A stretch of 64,000 nucleotides of DNA from Pseudovirgaria hyperparasitica (taxonomy: Eukaryota): assembly GCA_010093815.1 (NCBI GenBank), contig ML996570.1. One strand, given 5' to 3'. Position numbers and translations under genes: made by a program. This document shows positions 25,558-38,898 of this stretch, in pieces (the stretch's first letter is position 1; the number at the start of each line of letters is the position of its first letter). Under the pieces are notes generated by a model. It saw nothing but the letters and a program-made list of their open reading frames with translations, did not search any database and was not told where the DNA came from.

Positions 25558-27290
25558 TCAGTCGCGCTCGTGATGTCCGAAGACACACGTCGGATTACGA
25601 CAAACCCCGTCTCTGCTCTCCGCAGCCCTGCACTCCTTCGTGCGCGTCACCAGCCACAGTGCATTCCACTCCTTGTCGTCTAGCGGCCGGCACGAATGCT
25701 GCTTCCGACACTTCGGCCCACCGACCTCTTTACATTCCCCTCGCAGGAATAGGTATGGGCATAGATTGCCCTTACGTACCCAGTCGAGCGCCTCTTTGTT
25801 GACCGATAACAAACGATCCACGCGCTTCCCACGTTTATTGTACAGAGGAGGGCCAAGGCGCTCGGGATGGGCCTGAGAGTTTCGGTAGGTCTGCGTGCCA
25901 GTGGCAGTCTTGATCCCGATGGTAGTAATAGCGGCCAAGGCCGCGCCAGCAGCCAGAGGCACAGGCTTGGGCTCCCGTGGAGCAGCAGCGGCAGTATTTG
26001 TAAAGACTTGTGGTAAGGACAAGGCATGAGATGCTGCTTCGGCATAAGAGGTTACTTCACCGGTCTTTACGGAGTATGAAGGTTCTTGCGTCTTGCCGTT
26101 CCTGAAATGAGTCGCAGGGTCGATAAAAACTGTGTTGAACTGAGTTGTGCGGAGCGGACCCAATTGCTCGATGTCGGCTTCACTGAGAGGCGCAGAGGTA
26201 TTGCGCAGCATGGTCATGCGGTGGAGACAGTGCACGTTCATGTCAAATGTCGCGAAATGCTCCGTTGTGTCAGATCCGAGGCCGAGTCCGAGGATAATAT
26301 GCTTGCAAGCGTGAACTTGGAGGTGGAAGTCCAAGACGCCTTGAAACGTTAGTATGAAGTCCGTTTGGATGAGATGAGAAACACTTACCGCGTATCTTTT
26401 CCGCAGCGCGGCCCTTGCTGGGCCCGACGTCCGAGAAGTCACATAGTGGAAAGCGACCAGAGAAACCACTAAAGAAAGGACGAAGCTCACTGACTGAAGC
26501 AGCGCTTGCGCCTCTACTGAGCATGCTCTGGCAGAGTCCTTCCATGTTGGCGTATGCCTTGACTACGACGTCGATCACGTCGTTGTCAGTGATATTCAGC
26601 TCGAGATATTGTCTGATAGCACTGTTCAGCTTCTCAGCTGCGATGGCTCCACTCTTACCGCTCTTGGGAGTTAAAGCGTCGCGGAACTGTACAATTAGCG
26701 CGCTGTAGGCTTTGACAGAGAGAGAGAGAGAGTGTGTGTGTGTGTGTGTGTGAGAGTGAGAGAGAGAGAGTGAGAGAGAGAGAGAGTGAGAGTGAGAGAG
26801 AGTGAGAGAGCAATTGTAACTTACCACGAACGCATCAGAGCTTGCGTCCAAGAGGACCAGAACATATGGCTTCACGCCATCGACAGCTCCAGAGCTACCA
26901 GTGCCCACGTTAGCCGTCGCCAACGAACCAAACTCTGTTGAAGTCGTCAGTCTCGAGACAGCTTGGTCTGACCGTGGATAGAGTTGCAAGCGGTTCATGA
27001 TGTGCTCCAGGGCACCGCTATTGGAGTCGACGGGAGACAAGTCTCCATTCTGTACGATGGACAGCTTCCATTCCAACAGTATCTTCGCGTCTACGGCGCG
27101 TTGGCGCTCGATAAGAGCTTCATCGCGCTCCTTTGTGGCTGTAGTCAGGAGTTCAATAACGCGCTAAACTTTTGTCAGTAGCTACGAATATCGAGGTGCT
27201 AGTCTTCCTTACAGCAATGAAGCCCTGGCGCTTGCGATCGAAGTCACTGTACTCAGCCAAGAGTTCTGGGACAGTCTGAGAGCTCGACAT
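25558..27290 (-). CDS. Coiled-coil, NYN/PIN-like domain and C-terminal CCCH zinc-finger protein (multi-exon)
   Basis: Starts MSSSQTVPELLAEYSDFDRKRQGFIA|gtaagg. Contains PYVLVLLDASSDAF, VVVKAYANMEGL, FFSGFSGRFPLCDFSDVGPSKGRAAEKIR and CKHIILG. C-terminal CPYLFLRGEC...C...H and C...C...C.FGH. Confidence 0.75.
26717..26810. repeat. Compound microsatellite (GA)n(GT)n(GAGAGT)n inside an intron
   Basis: Directly visible; lies within intron 26687-26824 of the CCCH gene. Confidence 0.95.
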
Positions 27291-30200
27291 GACGTCGAGC
27301 CGAATATTTCTTGTTGTCAGATAAAAGATGTTTCAGACATTGAAGTGTCACCTTGGTCGAAGTAGATTGTTGAAGATATAGAAAGAGAGTTGTCAGGCAA
27401 CAGTGAGCCAGCAAAAATAATGTAGAGGTCCGAGGTGCGAGAAGCATTAAGCAAATTTCATTGTTTTATACCCTGTGTGGTCATTTGCCTACCGCAGCAA
27501 GCACCGGCGCTAATTGTCTGTGGCACAGAGCGATTGAATGGTTAAAGTGAGTCTCGTGAAATGTTTGTTCACCTGCACTAAGCGTGGCGGTGCTACGCTG
27601 AGCCTTAGGTCTTAGGCAACAACAACAACAGCAGCGGCAGGACCTGCTGATCCTGGACAACGGATGACCTACATTTCTTAAGGGTATCGAAGGATCTTCA
27701 AAAAAGACTTAACGACAAAGCAGCAGATCAAAACAACTTACTTAGTAAGCAGCGAGTGAGTCAAACAATGCATCCATGGAAAAGGTCCCAATGCTTCGCT
27801 ATCTCATCAGAGTTTAGTATATTGTGCCATCTTAGTAGCCAGGTAGGTGAACTCGTCCCAATAGCATTGAACATTAAACAGAATTCGCAACTGTCCGCGA
27901 GCGATGCCAGTTTGAGTGCTGTAGACAGCAAATATTCACCATACGTGTCATTTGACGAAGAGGAATTCACAATATGAGGAAGCTTGTGCTTTACAAGCAT
28001 CACATCTTGCCATACTTGCTTGACCACATCTAGGAACGCCTTTAAAGTCTTTGGATGATGCCGTAAGAGGTAATGTTGAACTACATATACTCCTGAGCTC
28101 GCACATGTCAATGATTCAATGGATGAACGACGCAGACCGAGTTGCACATGATCTATACCAAAATATTATGATCAAGAATCCCGTCTCCATACCTTTCTAT
28201 TCATTATCGTAGAGGCCAGATTGACCGCCAACACAAAGGTATCAAATCACCTTGTCAAATGTTACCTTCCTCTGCCTACAGATTTACCTACATCTGCGTT
28301 TCATCGTTCCTTCCTTCACTGTGATGGTATGGTGCTAGTCGTCATGAAACGATCATGCTGTTATTCATCATCATAGCATATTATCATCGTAGAATAATAT
28401 AAGAGAAACTTGCGAACAAAGGCATGCGTGAGCTTTGGAAGGGTAGTGAGGAACGCGAAGCATCTTAGGAAACTCCCATCATACACTTGTGTGCTATGCT
28501 AGAACGAAGGGCAATAGCAACAAGTAGAATGGGAAGTCCTGTAATAGTGTCAGTACTCTAGAGGGCAGACACCTTTAGCATATAAGCATACAATCGGTAT
28601 GAGATAAGTAAGGAAAGGTATTAATATACTCGAAACTATTGGGCAAGTGTCACGAGTTATCTTTCCCACGTGCCTTTGTAACACAGTTAATATCGGAATG
28701 AGTCACAGCCTCTTTTCACAGTGTCACAATCTTACTGGGGTTCTCCGAGTCTTTTGAATATATGATTAACACGAGACTAAGACACTAATTGAACGACGAA
28801 ATGCTTCACTACTACAGTGTGTCAACTTTCTTGTATCCGGCACAGTATGACCGAGGCACAAGCAATGACGGAGTCAAGCTCGAGCATAGCCACTTTTATA
28901 TAGTTCTTCTCGATTGGAGAGAGCAAATATAGGTAAATATACATAACCCCAGCTCCTTATTGAATCGCCCATCGTAGGATGATGCAGTGAGTGGCTTTCC
29001 TCAATTTATGTACGAGTGATGAACAACGTTTTCTTGGATGGAACAAAGGAAATATATTCATCAGGCACTGCCTGCATAGTATAAGCGTATTGACGGCGGA
29101 CCAAATGCACGCCTGTTAGCGGGGTGGAAGGTCAGATGAGTATAACGAAATGCTGATTCCGGGTAAGGTCAATGATCTCATTTCTTTGGAGGCTGCACTA
29201 CGAGCTCTGTGAGAGGGCCGTAATGACAGAATCTTCGACATTCTATGGTTTGGCCGTGATTTCACCCTCCAATCAAGGCTCTTAAACTATTTGAGATAAC
29301 ATCATGTGGAATGAGAGGAACCCCTAGATATACTAATCGTCACTGTCATTCTGAATACCATAGGTTATTCGCACCACCCTTACGTGAAGAGTATAGAAGA
29401 CTATATTCGTGTTAAGAATCCACTTTCTCATGAAGGACCTATGCAATTCGAGGTCATCTATCCACTAATTATTTCAATGCGGAAGTAGATGCATCTTCAG
29501 TCGTACTTTTAAGATCATGATACGTAGTATATGGATGATTGCCGATGGATGTATATACTTGTAATGGTTGTTGCGTGCTTAGAAACAGGCTGTAGAACTG
29601 ACAGTATACATATATATATGAGACGCTGCATTAGAAATCTTTGAGGAAATAGCATAGTGTACGAGGGAAAAAAATGTGAACGAGGCACTCCATACTTCAC
29701 TAACCGTGTACTTAACCGCGTCTATCTTCAATACTTACCCCTATCAAAACAGCATAGTTTTAACAATCATCATCACAACAGAAGGGGCACATCGCAGATT
29801 TTTCCGCCATGTATAGCATCCGTCCCTAGCCATTTTCCCATTTCAAAAATATTACTCAGTCTTACTCACTAATGCGAGACACATCTCCCACTGTGTCAAC
29901 CAGCACAAGAAACGAAGGATACATCGAAATGTTTCCCCGAGTGCAAGATGGCAATTTTGCCAGTGTTGTGGATACTTACGACTTGAGAGGCGATGGCAAG
30001 CATATAAATATGTGCGGTTGCAATGAAGTATTATGCCGGGTTGGTACTGTTCAATTAGATGACTTGGTCACACCACCCTATAGTGAATGAGCTAGGGGTT
30101 TCAGCCTTTAGATAAAGTGTCAGCTACACTAAACGGCCGTGAATGTCGCAACAAACATCTACCTGGAACACATACAGATAACCATCAGCGCGACCTCACA

Positions 30201-31462
30201 CCAATACACATCACCATAGAATAGGTGCCGGGTCGGCGCATCAGCTGGACATGTGATTAGACTCAGATCTCTAGATCATGCAGAAATGACAGTAAGAGAG
30301 GACTCGATGACCTAATGTGAGGTGGGTAGGACTCTCACACGGAACTACACTAAGACACAGTGCTCGTTATCAACGTTACCAAACCTCTAATACAGAATAT
30401 CACCACGGAAATCCCGTGCCAAACATAATGATTGCATTGCATCCTTTACAGATACTCATAGCATGTAATAACGTCATGAGCTAAAACAAGATCACCAACG
30501 TGTTCTTTGTTGAGGTTGTAAAGGCGCCATCTCGCTGCTTCAACGGAAAATCTCTGGTGTGGTGGATCACGGTCCAGAAGTAGAAGAAATCATAGTATAT
30601 TCTGCATGATTTCTACATCAAGGTGGACGCCAGGCATATTTTCCTGGCTCTTCCTGTTATCTACATCGCAGAATAGCGAATGAGCTTGTATGTTTTAGGC
30701 TCGGTTGACGATATAGCATACCTGCTGGGAAACGTGGAAGACTATTCGTTAGCGATTGCAATACTGATCGTTACTATCACACAATACTACACATTGTTAT
30801 CACACCGCACTGTCATCAACGACATTGGGCCGCGAAGTTCTCCAAGCGAGCAGAAAGATGGAATCAGTTCCGGTTCGTGTACCGGGCGCTTCTAGCAAAA
30901 CCGCAGAGTGGTTTATATCGAAGCGGCTTGTGATATCAGGACATGTATCAGAAATCAGTTCTACAGATATCAGGTTTATGGATGTGCTCTCGAAATTAGT
31001 ATCTGACAAACATGTGACAAGTGTCGAGTAAAGAGGTGCATTCTCTTACGGTGACTGCCTGGCATCACTACCTAAATACTTGACAACGATAGACATTTGC
31101 CTGACTAGGCACTGTTAATGAAATAACGAGATTGTGGTACACTGAGGTACAACTGAGAATATCAAACTTTATCTACTGGCCATAATGGGAGTATTGTATA
31201 ATCTAAATATGCACACAAAGAAGGAAAGCTTGAGGAATCTTAAGACGAGGGCTTGCAAATCTGCATCTATCGAACAAGTGGTATATTAATGCCCGTTCCC
31301 AGACGCCTTATTAATGCTTGTGGGAATGCCTTGAAGCCTCCTAAGTCCAGATTGGTACAAAGGCCGCCTAAATTGCGAAGGGGCCAGCCCGTACAAAAGC
31401 CTATTCAGCGCCAACCAATTCTTGCTATGTTCATGACACCGTCATCACATATCATATGTCGA

Positions 31463-33445
31463 CTAGAACATACCGAAATTACGACGCAGAGGCGTTTCTG
31501 CGCCTGCACTGCTACTGGCCGCTGAATACCCCGAATCATGGTCGACATCATCGATGTCAATGTCGAATTCGAGTTCTTTGACGCTTTCACCGCTTGATTC
31601 GGTGGCTTGGCCATCCCAGCCCTTTTGTTGTGCACCACGAGTGTTCCAGCGCAAGGTGCGGGAGATGCTGTCAAACCATTCCGTGGGTTGGCTAAGAACT
31701 GTCGGAAAGGGGTACTGTGATGCTGCGATGGTAACGTGATCGCCAGGGCGGAGCTCGACACGACCTTTCCCATCGAAGGAACAATAGGCCGTGGCGCGAG
31801 AATTGCCAGGGACGGCGACTTTGAGGAGCATGGTGTCGTTGAGAAGCATAGGACGGAAAGAGAGGGTATGGGGGCAGATTGGAGTTAGCAGAATCGCAGG
31901 AATATCGGGGTGTACGAGAGATCCACCGGCTGAGAGAGAGTATGCGGTGCTACCGGTCGGAGTACTGAAAATACAGCCATCGGCTTGTACGACTGTCAAG
32001 AGATGATCATCGCCGTACAATTCCAGCTGTGAGACGTAGGGCGATGGGCCACGGTCAATGACGAGCTCGTTGAGTACTTCGTATTGTTCGGACTCAATAT
32101 GATCTTCGCTGGAGACGCTTACTCTAGAAGTGTTCAATGCTGCTCGATACACGGTGCAAGTGAAGCGCATGCGAAGATTCACTCGCATACCAGCATCGCC
32201 CATAACCGTGTTGAGTTGCTCCTTGTAGTTCTGGAATTGGAAGTTCGTGAGAAAGCCTAAGCTGCCGAGGCTGAAGGACAAGATCGGAGGAACAATTCTC
32301 TGAAACAGCCAGCTAGTAAACAGGACGGTGCCATCACCGCCTAGAGTGCAAACTAAATCGAACTTCTCTGGCGAAGACCAGCAGAGATCCGGCGTCCAGT
32401 AGCGGAGCATATTTTGAAACCGTTTATCCTTGGCGAGCAGGCCAGCTTCGTCAAATCTCTTGGATCTGCGTAGTTTCGCATCAACGTAAACATTGACACC
32501 AACGTCGGAACCGTAGCGCGGTGTCGTGAGCAGCCATTCTGCGAGCTCTCGTGTAAGGTGCACCAGCTCATTGTCTCTGGCCTTCGTGATTATCATAATG
32601 TTTTTGAAGGTCATCTTAATCGGGCGACGTTGCAGCTGTTTCGAAACCTCTCGAACACCCGTGGCTGTCTGCATGAGTCTGGAATGCGACATGCTTGCGA
32701 CATCTTGAATCTCTTCCAGAACCTTATCGATATTAACAGCATTATCGAATTTTTTGTGAAAAAAACATGGTGAGGCCAGTGCTGCAGCCTTGGTGGCGGT
32801 TAGGCAGTCCGGATCTAGTCGTAACGATGCCAGTGCTTCAGAGAGCCTGTTGCCCTGCGAATACTCTTGCCGCGACCCAGGCTTCTCCCACAGACCGTTC
32901 ATCGAGTCTATTGATATGTTTGAGGTGGATGGAGGTCTTGATACTAATGCTTTGATAAGGGTTTGCTTCGGAACGTCGAGAGATTGGGCAGCTTTGTGGT
33001 GACGACGGTCCTTTATAGTCGTCCGAGGGGCAGCGCTGTGAAATTCAGAGCGCTCTCTTTCAGAGCGCAGGATGCCACAAGGACCGGATTCTCGGTAGTC
33101 GATCTGAAGCAGAGAATCGTGACAGGCGGTTCGTGGAGTGGAGAGAGCAGACCCGGAGGTGCTTATGAATGTGGAGCTGTTCACTACTGCATTGTGTTGA
33201 TGAGGCTTATGTTCGCGAGGTGTGTCGACATACAATGTCGAGGCAATGGAGGTGGGCTCGAGAGGGCAGGGGGAACACGTAAGATGCGACTCTAGGGCCT
33301 GTAATGTTATGATGGAGGTGGCCGAAGCAGCGGAGGAGATGTCAGATCCGGCGATAGAATCATTTTGCGAGTGTAGGTTGGTGGGTGATGGCGTACTGTT
33401 GGGTGAGATCATACCAGTAGGTTCTTCTTGGATCGGCATTTCCAT
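31463..33445 (-). CDS. ATP-NAD(H) kinase, Utr1/Yef1 family
   Basis: LGGDGTVL, SLGSLGFLT, VLNELVIDRG, ADGCIFSTPTGSTAYSLSAGGSLVHP and PICPHTLSFRP are the canonical NAD kinase motifs. Confidence 0.95.
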   Translation of the reverse strand: MEMPIQEEPTGMISPNSTPSPTNLHSQNDSIAGSDISSAASATSIITLQALESHLTCSPCPLEPTSIASTLYVDTPREHKPHQHNAVVNSSTFISTSGSALSTPRTACHDSLLQIDYRESGPCGILRSERERSEFHSAAPRTTIKDRRHHKAAQSLDVPKQTLIKALVSRPPSTSNISIDSMNGLWEKPGSRQEYSQGNRLSEALASLRLDPDCLTATKAAALASPCFFHKKFDNAVNIDKVLEEIQDVASMSHSRLMQTATGVREVSKQLQRRPIKMTFKNIMIITKARDNELVHLTRELAEWLLTTPRYGSDVGVNVYVDAKLRRSKRFDEAGLLAKDKRFQNMLRYWTPDLCWSSPEKFDLVCTLGGDGTVLFTSWLFQRIVPPILSFSLGSLGFLTNFQFQNYKEQLNTVMGDAGMRVNLRMRFTCTVYRAALNTSRVSVSSEDHIESEQYEVLNELVIDRGPSPYVSQLELYGDDHLLTVVQADGCIFSTPTGSTAYSLSAGGSLVHPDIPAILLTPICPHTLSFRPMLLNDTMLLKVAVPGNSRATAYCSFDGKGRVELRPGDHVTIAASQYPFPTVLSQPTEWFDSISRTLRWNTRGAQQKGWDGQATESSGESVKELEFDIDIDDVDHDSGYSAASSSAGAETPLRRNFGMF

Positions 33446-35622
33446 TTCGGCCGGGGCGGGGGTCCTCGGGGGATCGGGGAGATCAGGTCAGCTAATTTGC
33501 GGTGGCTGCGGGGTCGGGGTGCGCGGGCTTTTGGCTTGGGATTGCGCGTATGCACTTGTGTATGCGGCACACAACACAGACGATGTTTTCTTTTTTACCG
33601 GAACAATGCCCGAGAATGTATGCAGACGACCTCGTGAGCTGCAAGAGGGCCTTGAAGAACAGAGAAGCCGACAAAAAGACTGAAATGGTGAGCCGTGGTT
33701 GGACGGACGTACTTCCACTCAAGGTTGGCTCCAACTGTGACAGTGATGGCGGCTGCAGAACGACCAAGCCTCAGAAAGCTTCTAGGCACCGCACAGCGAA
33801 AGCGGTGAGGAGTAAGAATGATATGGATATATACAAGGAATAGGATACGAAGCCACAGGCTCAGTTGAAGATGCAAAAGACACGAAGAGCGAAAGCGGGG
33901 AGCTGCAGAGATACCTCACAAATTGTAGACGCCGCAGCGTTCCTATATTGCGTTCGCGCCTCGTAACATGAGCCCTCACTGTCGGAGTATATGTCTCAAT
34001 TCTCTGCGAGTGAGACCATCAAACTTGCTGATGCGAAGCGTGTATCATCACCGTGGATCCTCAAGCCCGGTAGCTAACATACTCAAGTCTCACAAGTGCT
34101 AGTTCTTAACAACATGGATCGGATGCTTACTCGTGCTATCAGCTTCCATAAGGTACCTCCTCAATTTGTTCCTTCGAATTGACCGATGGTCGTTCTTTGA
34201 TGAGAGCTCATGTCAACGGCAGCTGCTGTGTGACGGAATAGAGGACACTCTTTCGCAAACACGCCCATAAAAGACCGTGCCGAACAGTCCCGTCTGATCG
34301 GATTCATCACGTTGAGATGTCAAATAAATGCAGCAAAAACTTGTTCATCCCTGCTGACACGTGTATGCGACAGATAACAAATATATCACACATTGACATC
34401 TCCACCGCTCCGCACAGGTAAGCCTGACCGTCTCAAGCCTAATCCCAAAACATGTAATTATGCTTGTCTCAAAACATCTCGCTAAATACCACCCGGAGAC
34501 CCGTTGCCAATATTCGGTAAGCTCTCCCAGAATTAGTGGTCGACCTTTCTTCACCATTCCGATACAAGTGTCAGAGCCCCACTATTTTTCGACTTCGGCT
34601 AGTCTCAAGAATCTGTTCAAGGGGGAGAGGGGCTGCACGGTCTCTATCACCGTGCTGGAACGGGAACTAATGCAACGATCGGAGGGCCCTTCCCTTTGTC
34701 CTTTGTCGTGTAACGTTATGTGAGGAACTTTCTCCCAGGCGCTACAATGCATACTCTCAACATAATTATCGTACCCATCTCAAGCCGCATCATCTATCTC
34801 ACTGATCCTGCACGCGGATAATCGCAAGAACACGCCGACAACTGAATCCAAATAACATTTTTATTAGACTCTAGAGCCGTATCTTGATACAATGCCATGC
34901 GACCATCTCATGCCAATACATGATTTTGCGACGTCCCCGCAATACTGCAACACCGCTAGGCGTTAGCATCTTGAATGATTCGTGGGTATATGTTCATATT
35001 CTTCAACTCTCATAGCTACTTATGCATTACTCGTCCTTTTTTCAGATTTATTTGCGTCGGTAGCTCACGGAGGAAGTCAAAGGTTCTTTCCTTCTTGCCT
35101 CCCTTCCGGATACTATGGATCACATCGTCGATAATCTAAGCACCCGCAACTTGACTCGTTTCGTCGACCTGGAACCCGGACTTAGGAGAAAAGCATGGCA
35201 TTGACCTGGATACCGCGTACAACTGGGTATGGCGCGACCTTATCACTCTCTTTTGCCGCAACATGCTCTATAGACGTCGGTTTGCCGCGAATGACGATTC
35301 AACTACTACCTAGGTGTATAGATACAAGCACCGTCGCGTCCGATAATCTGCATGCACCAAACATGACGTATGCGGGGAAGCTTTCTCGCTGTCGGCCAGC
35401 ACCAATCAGGACGTGGAGCTATGGTGTGATATTCAACACTTATAACAACGCCTCTGCATAACAAACATCGTCCGATCCTGAGTCTTCGATACAACGCAAT
35501 CTCGCTCTGCCACCATCCTTCCTGCTTTGCTCACCAAACCTACCAACGACTACACCACCTCCTATAATCCCACGACACACGCCAATCTTTAACCTCACAA
35601 CCTCTTCTTTCAAACTCCCAAA

Positions 35623-36402
35623 ATGACCTCCCAACGCGTCCTCCTTCTCGGAGGCCACGGCGCGATCGCCCAATTGATGACCCCGCTCTTCCTCCGACGA
35701 TCATGGAGCGTAACATCAGTGATCCGCAGCGCCGACCAAATCCCCACGATCCGTGCCCTCGGCAACGGCCAACCAGGCACCATCGACGTGCTGATTGAAA
35801 GCCTCGACGACGTCAAGACCCAGGCCGCGGCGCAGAGCGTCATCGACAAAGTGCAGCCGAACTACATCGTATGGGCAGCGGGTGCGGGCGGTAAAGGCGG
35901 GGCAGAGCGCACGTTTGCTGTGGATCGCGATGCTGCGACACACTATATACGGGCTGCGGCTGCATCGCCGGGGGTGTCCAAGTTTTTGATGATTAGCTAT
36001 ATTGGAAGTCGGCGTGGTCGTGCGGCGTGGTGGAGTGATGAGAGCTATAAGGCGGTGCAGGAGGTTAATGATGGGGCGCTGGCGAATTATCATGTCGCAA
36101 AGCTGGCTGCCGATGAGGTGCTTGTAGCTGCTGCAAAGGAAAGGGGTAGTGAGTTTGCGGGGATCTGTCTGAGACCGGGCACGTTGAAGGAGGGTAGTGC
36201 AACGGGCAAAATTTTGCTTGGTAAGACACCGGGTCGGGGTGAGGTGCGGAGGAGTGATGTTGCGGAGGTTGCGGTGCGGCTACTGGAGCAAGATGGGGTG
36301 GGGACTAGATGGTTAGATTTGGTGGCAGGTGATGAGGGGATTGATCAGGCTATTGCGAGAGTTGTGAAGGAGGGACTTGATTGCTACGATGGAGAGGGCT
36401 GA
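35623..36402 (+). CDS. NAD(P)-binding Rossmann-fold protein (atypical SDR, YMR090W-like)
   Basis: VLLLGGHGAIA, VWAAGAGGKGG.ERT.AVDRD, YHVAKLAAD and LRPGTL. Confidence 0.85.
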   Translation: MTSQRVLLLGGHGAIAQLMTPLFLRRSWSVTSVIRSADQIPTIRALGNGQPGTIDVLIESLDDVKTQAAAQSVIDKVQPNYIVWAAGAGGKGGAERTFAVDRDAATHYIRAAAASPGVSKFLMISYIGSRRGRAAWWSDESYKAVQEVNDGALANYHVAKLAADEVLVAAAKERGSEFAGICLRPGTLKEGSATGKILLGKTPGRGEVRRSDVAEVAVRLLEQDGVGTRWLDLVAGDEGIDQAIARVVKEGLDCYDGEG

Positions 36403-36603
36403 ACGTTCGAGTTGGAAAGACAAAACTTCCGGATTGTGGATGTTACAACCCACGACAAAATGTAGGATAAGCAATTAACGAAGTGTTCGTTTATATAGTG
36501 TGCTATGCGCTACTTGGTACTTGGTAGCCTTTGGGATATCTTTGAAATACGACTTTGATGAAACAATTGCCTAACGCGAGGACTTGTCAAATGGGTAGGG
36601 AAT

Positions 36604-37189
36604 TTACTTCCGCTCAGCATCTGCCTGTTTCTGCAGATCAGCCTCGACACCGCGCTGAAGGGTTTTGCCACGGTCGTGTTGCTCTTGAGCGGCAGCTTTG
36701 GCTTGCTCATCCCCAGTAAGACCCGCAACAGCTCCAGTTAACACACCTCCAGCGCGCTCTTTTAGGCCCTGACCAAGATCACTCAGTTGTCCTTGTGCCT
36801 CTTGTACCTTTCCCTCTTCATTCTGACGTTGGCCTGCTTGCTTGAGCTGCTCAGAGCCCGTAATGCCTCCAATAAATTCTTTGCCGGAGCCTATGGTTTG
36901 ATTCCAAGAGCCATCTGTACGGTCTTTGTTATCTGTAGCCACGCCATCAGCGGTCGCAGTGACAGGGCCAGCCTTGACAGTAGCATGGGAGAGATCTGAA
37001 CGAGCTTCGGCTTCGGCCTGTTTGCGGTCGGCAGCAGCCTGGTTATCGTGAGTAGAACGATTTGTAAGCATACATCGCCGAACATACTTTATCACCTGGA
37101 TTGCCAGTAACGGCGTGAATGCCACTCTGGATGGTGCTTGAGACAGAGTCTAGAGCGGATTGAAGAGTGGATGTTTCCTTGTTCGACAT
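36604..37189 (-). CDS. CsbD-like / Hmp1-like hydrophilic stress protein (2 exons)
   Basis: MSNKETSTLQSALDSVSSTIQSGIHAVTGNPGDK|...DRTDGSWNQTIGSGKEFIGGITGSEQLKQAG...HDRGKTLQRGVEADLQK. Confidence 0.75.
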
Positions 37190-37693
37190 GCTGGAGGTTG
37201 GTATGAGTATTTGAGGATGATGTATTGACTTTGTTTGACGAGATCGAAGTTGAATATAAGTAAAGAGCAAACAAGGAAGAAGATGTCAGTGACAGATTTA
37301 AATATCCAAGGTCTGAACGCGCCTTGCATAAGGCCGCGACGTCTTCACGGATAGGTGCATGTGAAACATGACGTCAGTCAGCCACACGTCCCCACCACTT
37401 CCACAACGTTGGGCCATTCAGACCAACCTTGACAAGTGAAGCATCCTGGTTGTGTCCAGTGTTTGAGCGAGTCTGCTGATACTTGCAGCGCCATCCCGTA
37501 TTGTATCTGCTCTTGGAGCATCCACATGGAACGGGTAATGACGCAAGATGTTGCGACTCGACGGTGATGCTACCCCCGATGGAGAGTCTAGGCTGTGATC
37601 TCGCAATGCTTTAAACTTCAGCAGTGGTCTATTTGTTGTGGTTGTCATAGAGTGTTCCACTTTTCTCGGAAATGTCAAACGGTGTTGCTGGTA

Positions 37694-38898
37694 TCAGCCC
37701 ATGCCCTCCATGAACGCCCTAAAGTCTCGAACTTCCCTGATCCACATATAACGAACGCATATCTCTTGGATCTCGTAGTAGAGCTCTTCAGGGGGTATCA
37801 GGGCCTTTCGTACCAAGTTACGCATGAACAAAACCAAAAGCTTCACAGATCTTCTTTGCGCTTCCCGTCCGACTTCTCCTTGCTCTTGAATGGAATCGTT
37901 GCTTTCGTATAGTGATGTATCGGGTATGACAGTCTGTCTCTGGCCCATCTTCTCGATGTGACGCAAGCCGTGTTGTATGTAATTTCTGATAGGGTTCAGT
38001 GAGTCAACACGTAGGGACTCTAGTGTACCATTCTGTAACAAGCCCGTCAAGAGTTCGAGGGTATTTAGATCCACTGGTAGGCGCGCAATAATCTTGTCCG
38101 CAGTCTCAACTGGATGTGAGCTTTCTTTTATACGTCGAAGAATTCCTTCCTTAGTATTGTCTATCGGGATATCAATCTGCGAATTTGACTGTGATCCAGT
38201 TGATATTTTATAGGAACTCTGTGCAGTTGATCCTGTAGTAGATTGTGCTTCTGGTGATTGTGAACGCTCGTATATGTCTTCGTCCTCCAGGATCCTGACG
38301 AAATCATCCAGCACGAAGTGCATAAGCTCTAACTCAGAGAGCGTCTCGAGGAGATCTCTAGGCGATTGATGCGAGATACGCATGAGTGTATCCGCATGCA
38401 ATATTTGTTGTACGAGTAATACTCGAACTCTGTGAATCAGTGGCCAGCTCATGCTTTTGCTCGTAATTTTGCTTATTTCCATACTTTCAGGTTTCCGGTC
38501 CAGTCGCTGAATCACTTCAACCCAGTGCGAGAGGAAGGGATTATATCGCATAGGGGTCTCGGCATAGATCGAGTAAAGGAGGTATTCGCAATGCAGAATA
38601 CGCGCGAGAATAGGTAGGGACGGTTCGCACGAGCCTTGATCAGAAGAGTCAGCATAAATCTTGGTTGGCTTTGTAGTAGAGTTTGTGTACCAGTAACAGC
38701 ACCTGCTTCGAGCAAGTCAAGTTTCTGTTTGAGCAGAAGTGCATCTTGAAAATTCTCCGTCACGTCTGGAGCGTCTGTGCTACCTCCCCGCGCTGCATTG
38801 CGAATGTCTTTGAACTTGCTGCTTGTGTCTGCGAAACTCGAGCAAACGTCGGAGAGCAAGGACTCCAGCCTTTCGGCTATTGTTTCGGATATCTCCAT
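37694..38898 (-). CDS. CCR4-NOT subunit 11-like protein (DUF2363-type C-terminus; 2 exons)
   Basis: An intron at ~38635-38690 (GTACAC...GCTGAC...AAG) joins the two ORFs. The C-terminus RSVKLLVLFMRNLVRKALIPPEELYYEIQEICVRYMWIREV resembles the CNOT11 C-terminal domain. Confidence 0.7.

Noticed and set aside
11870..31440. Starship-like giant element carrying the secreted cassette
   Set aside because: No DUF3435 tyrosine-recombinase captain or other typical Starship genes were recognised in the window.
33446..33718. Open frame upstream of and in frame with the NAD kinase, separated by one TGA (readthrough or extra exon?)
   Set aside because: It has no ATG start and no clean YAG acceptor after the GCTGAC; most simply 5' leader sequence.
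38512..38690. Apparent frameshift in the CNOT11-like gene
   Set aside because: Resolved by a canonical intron at ~38635-38690.
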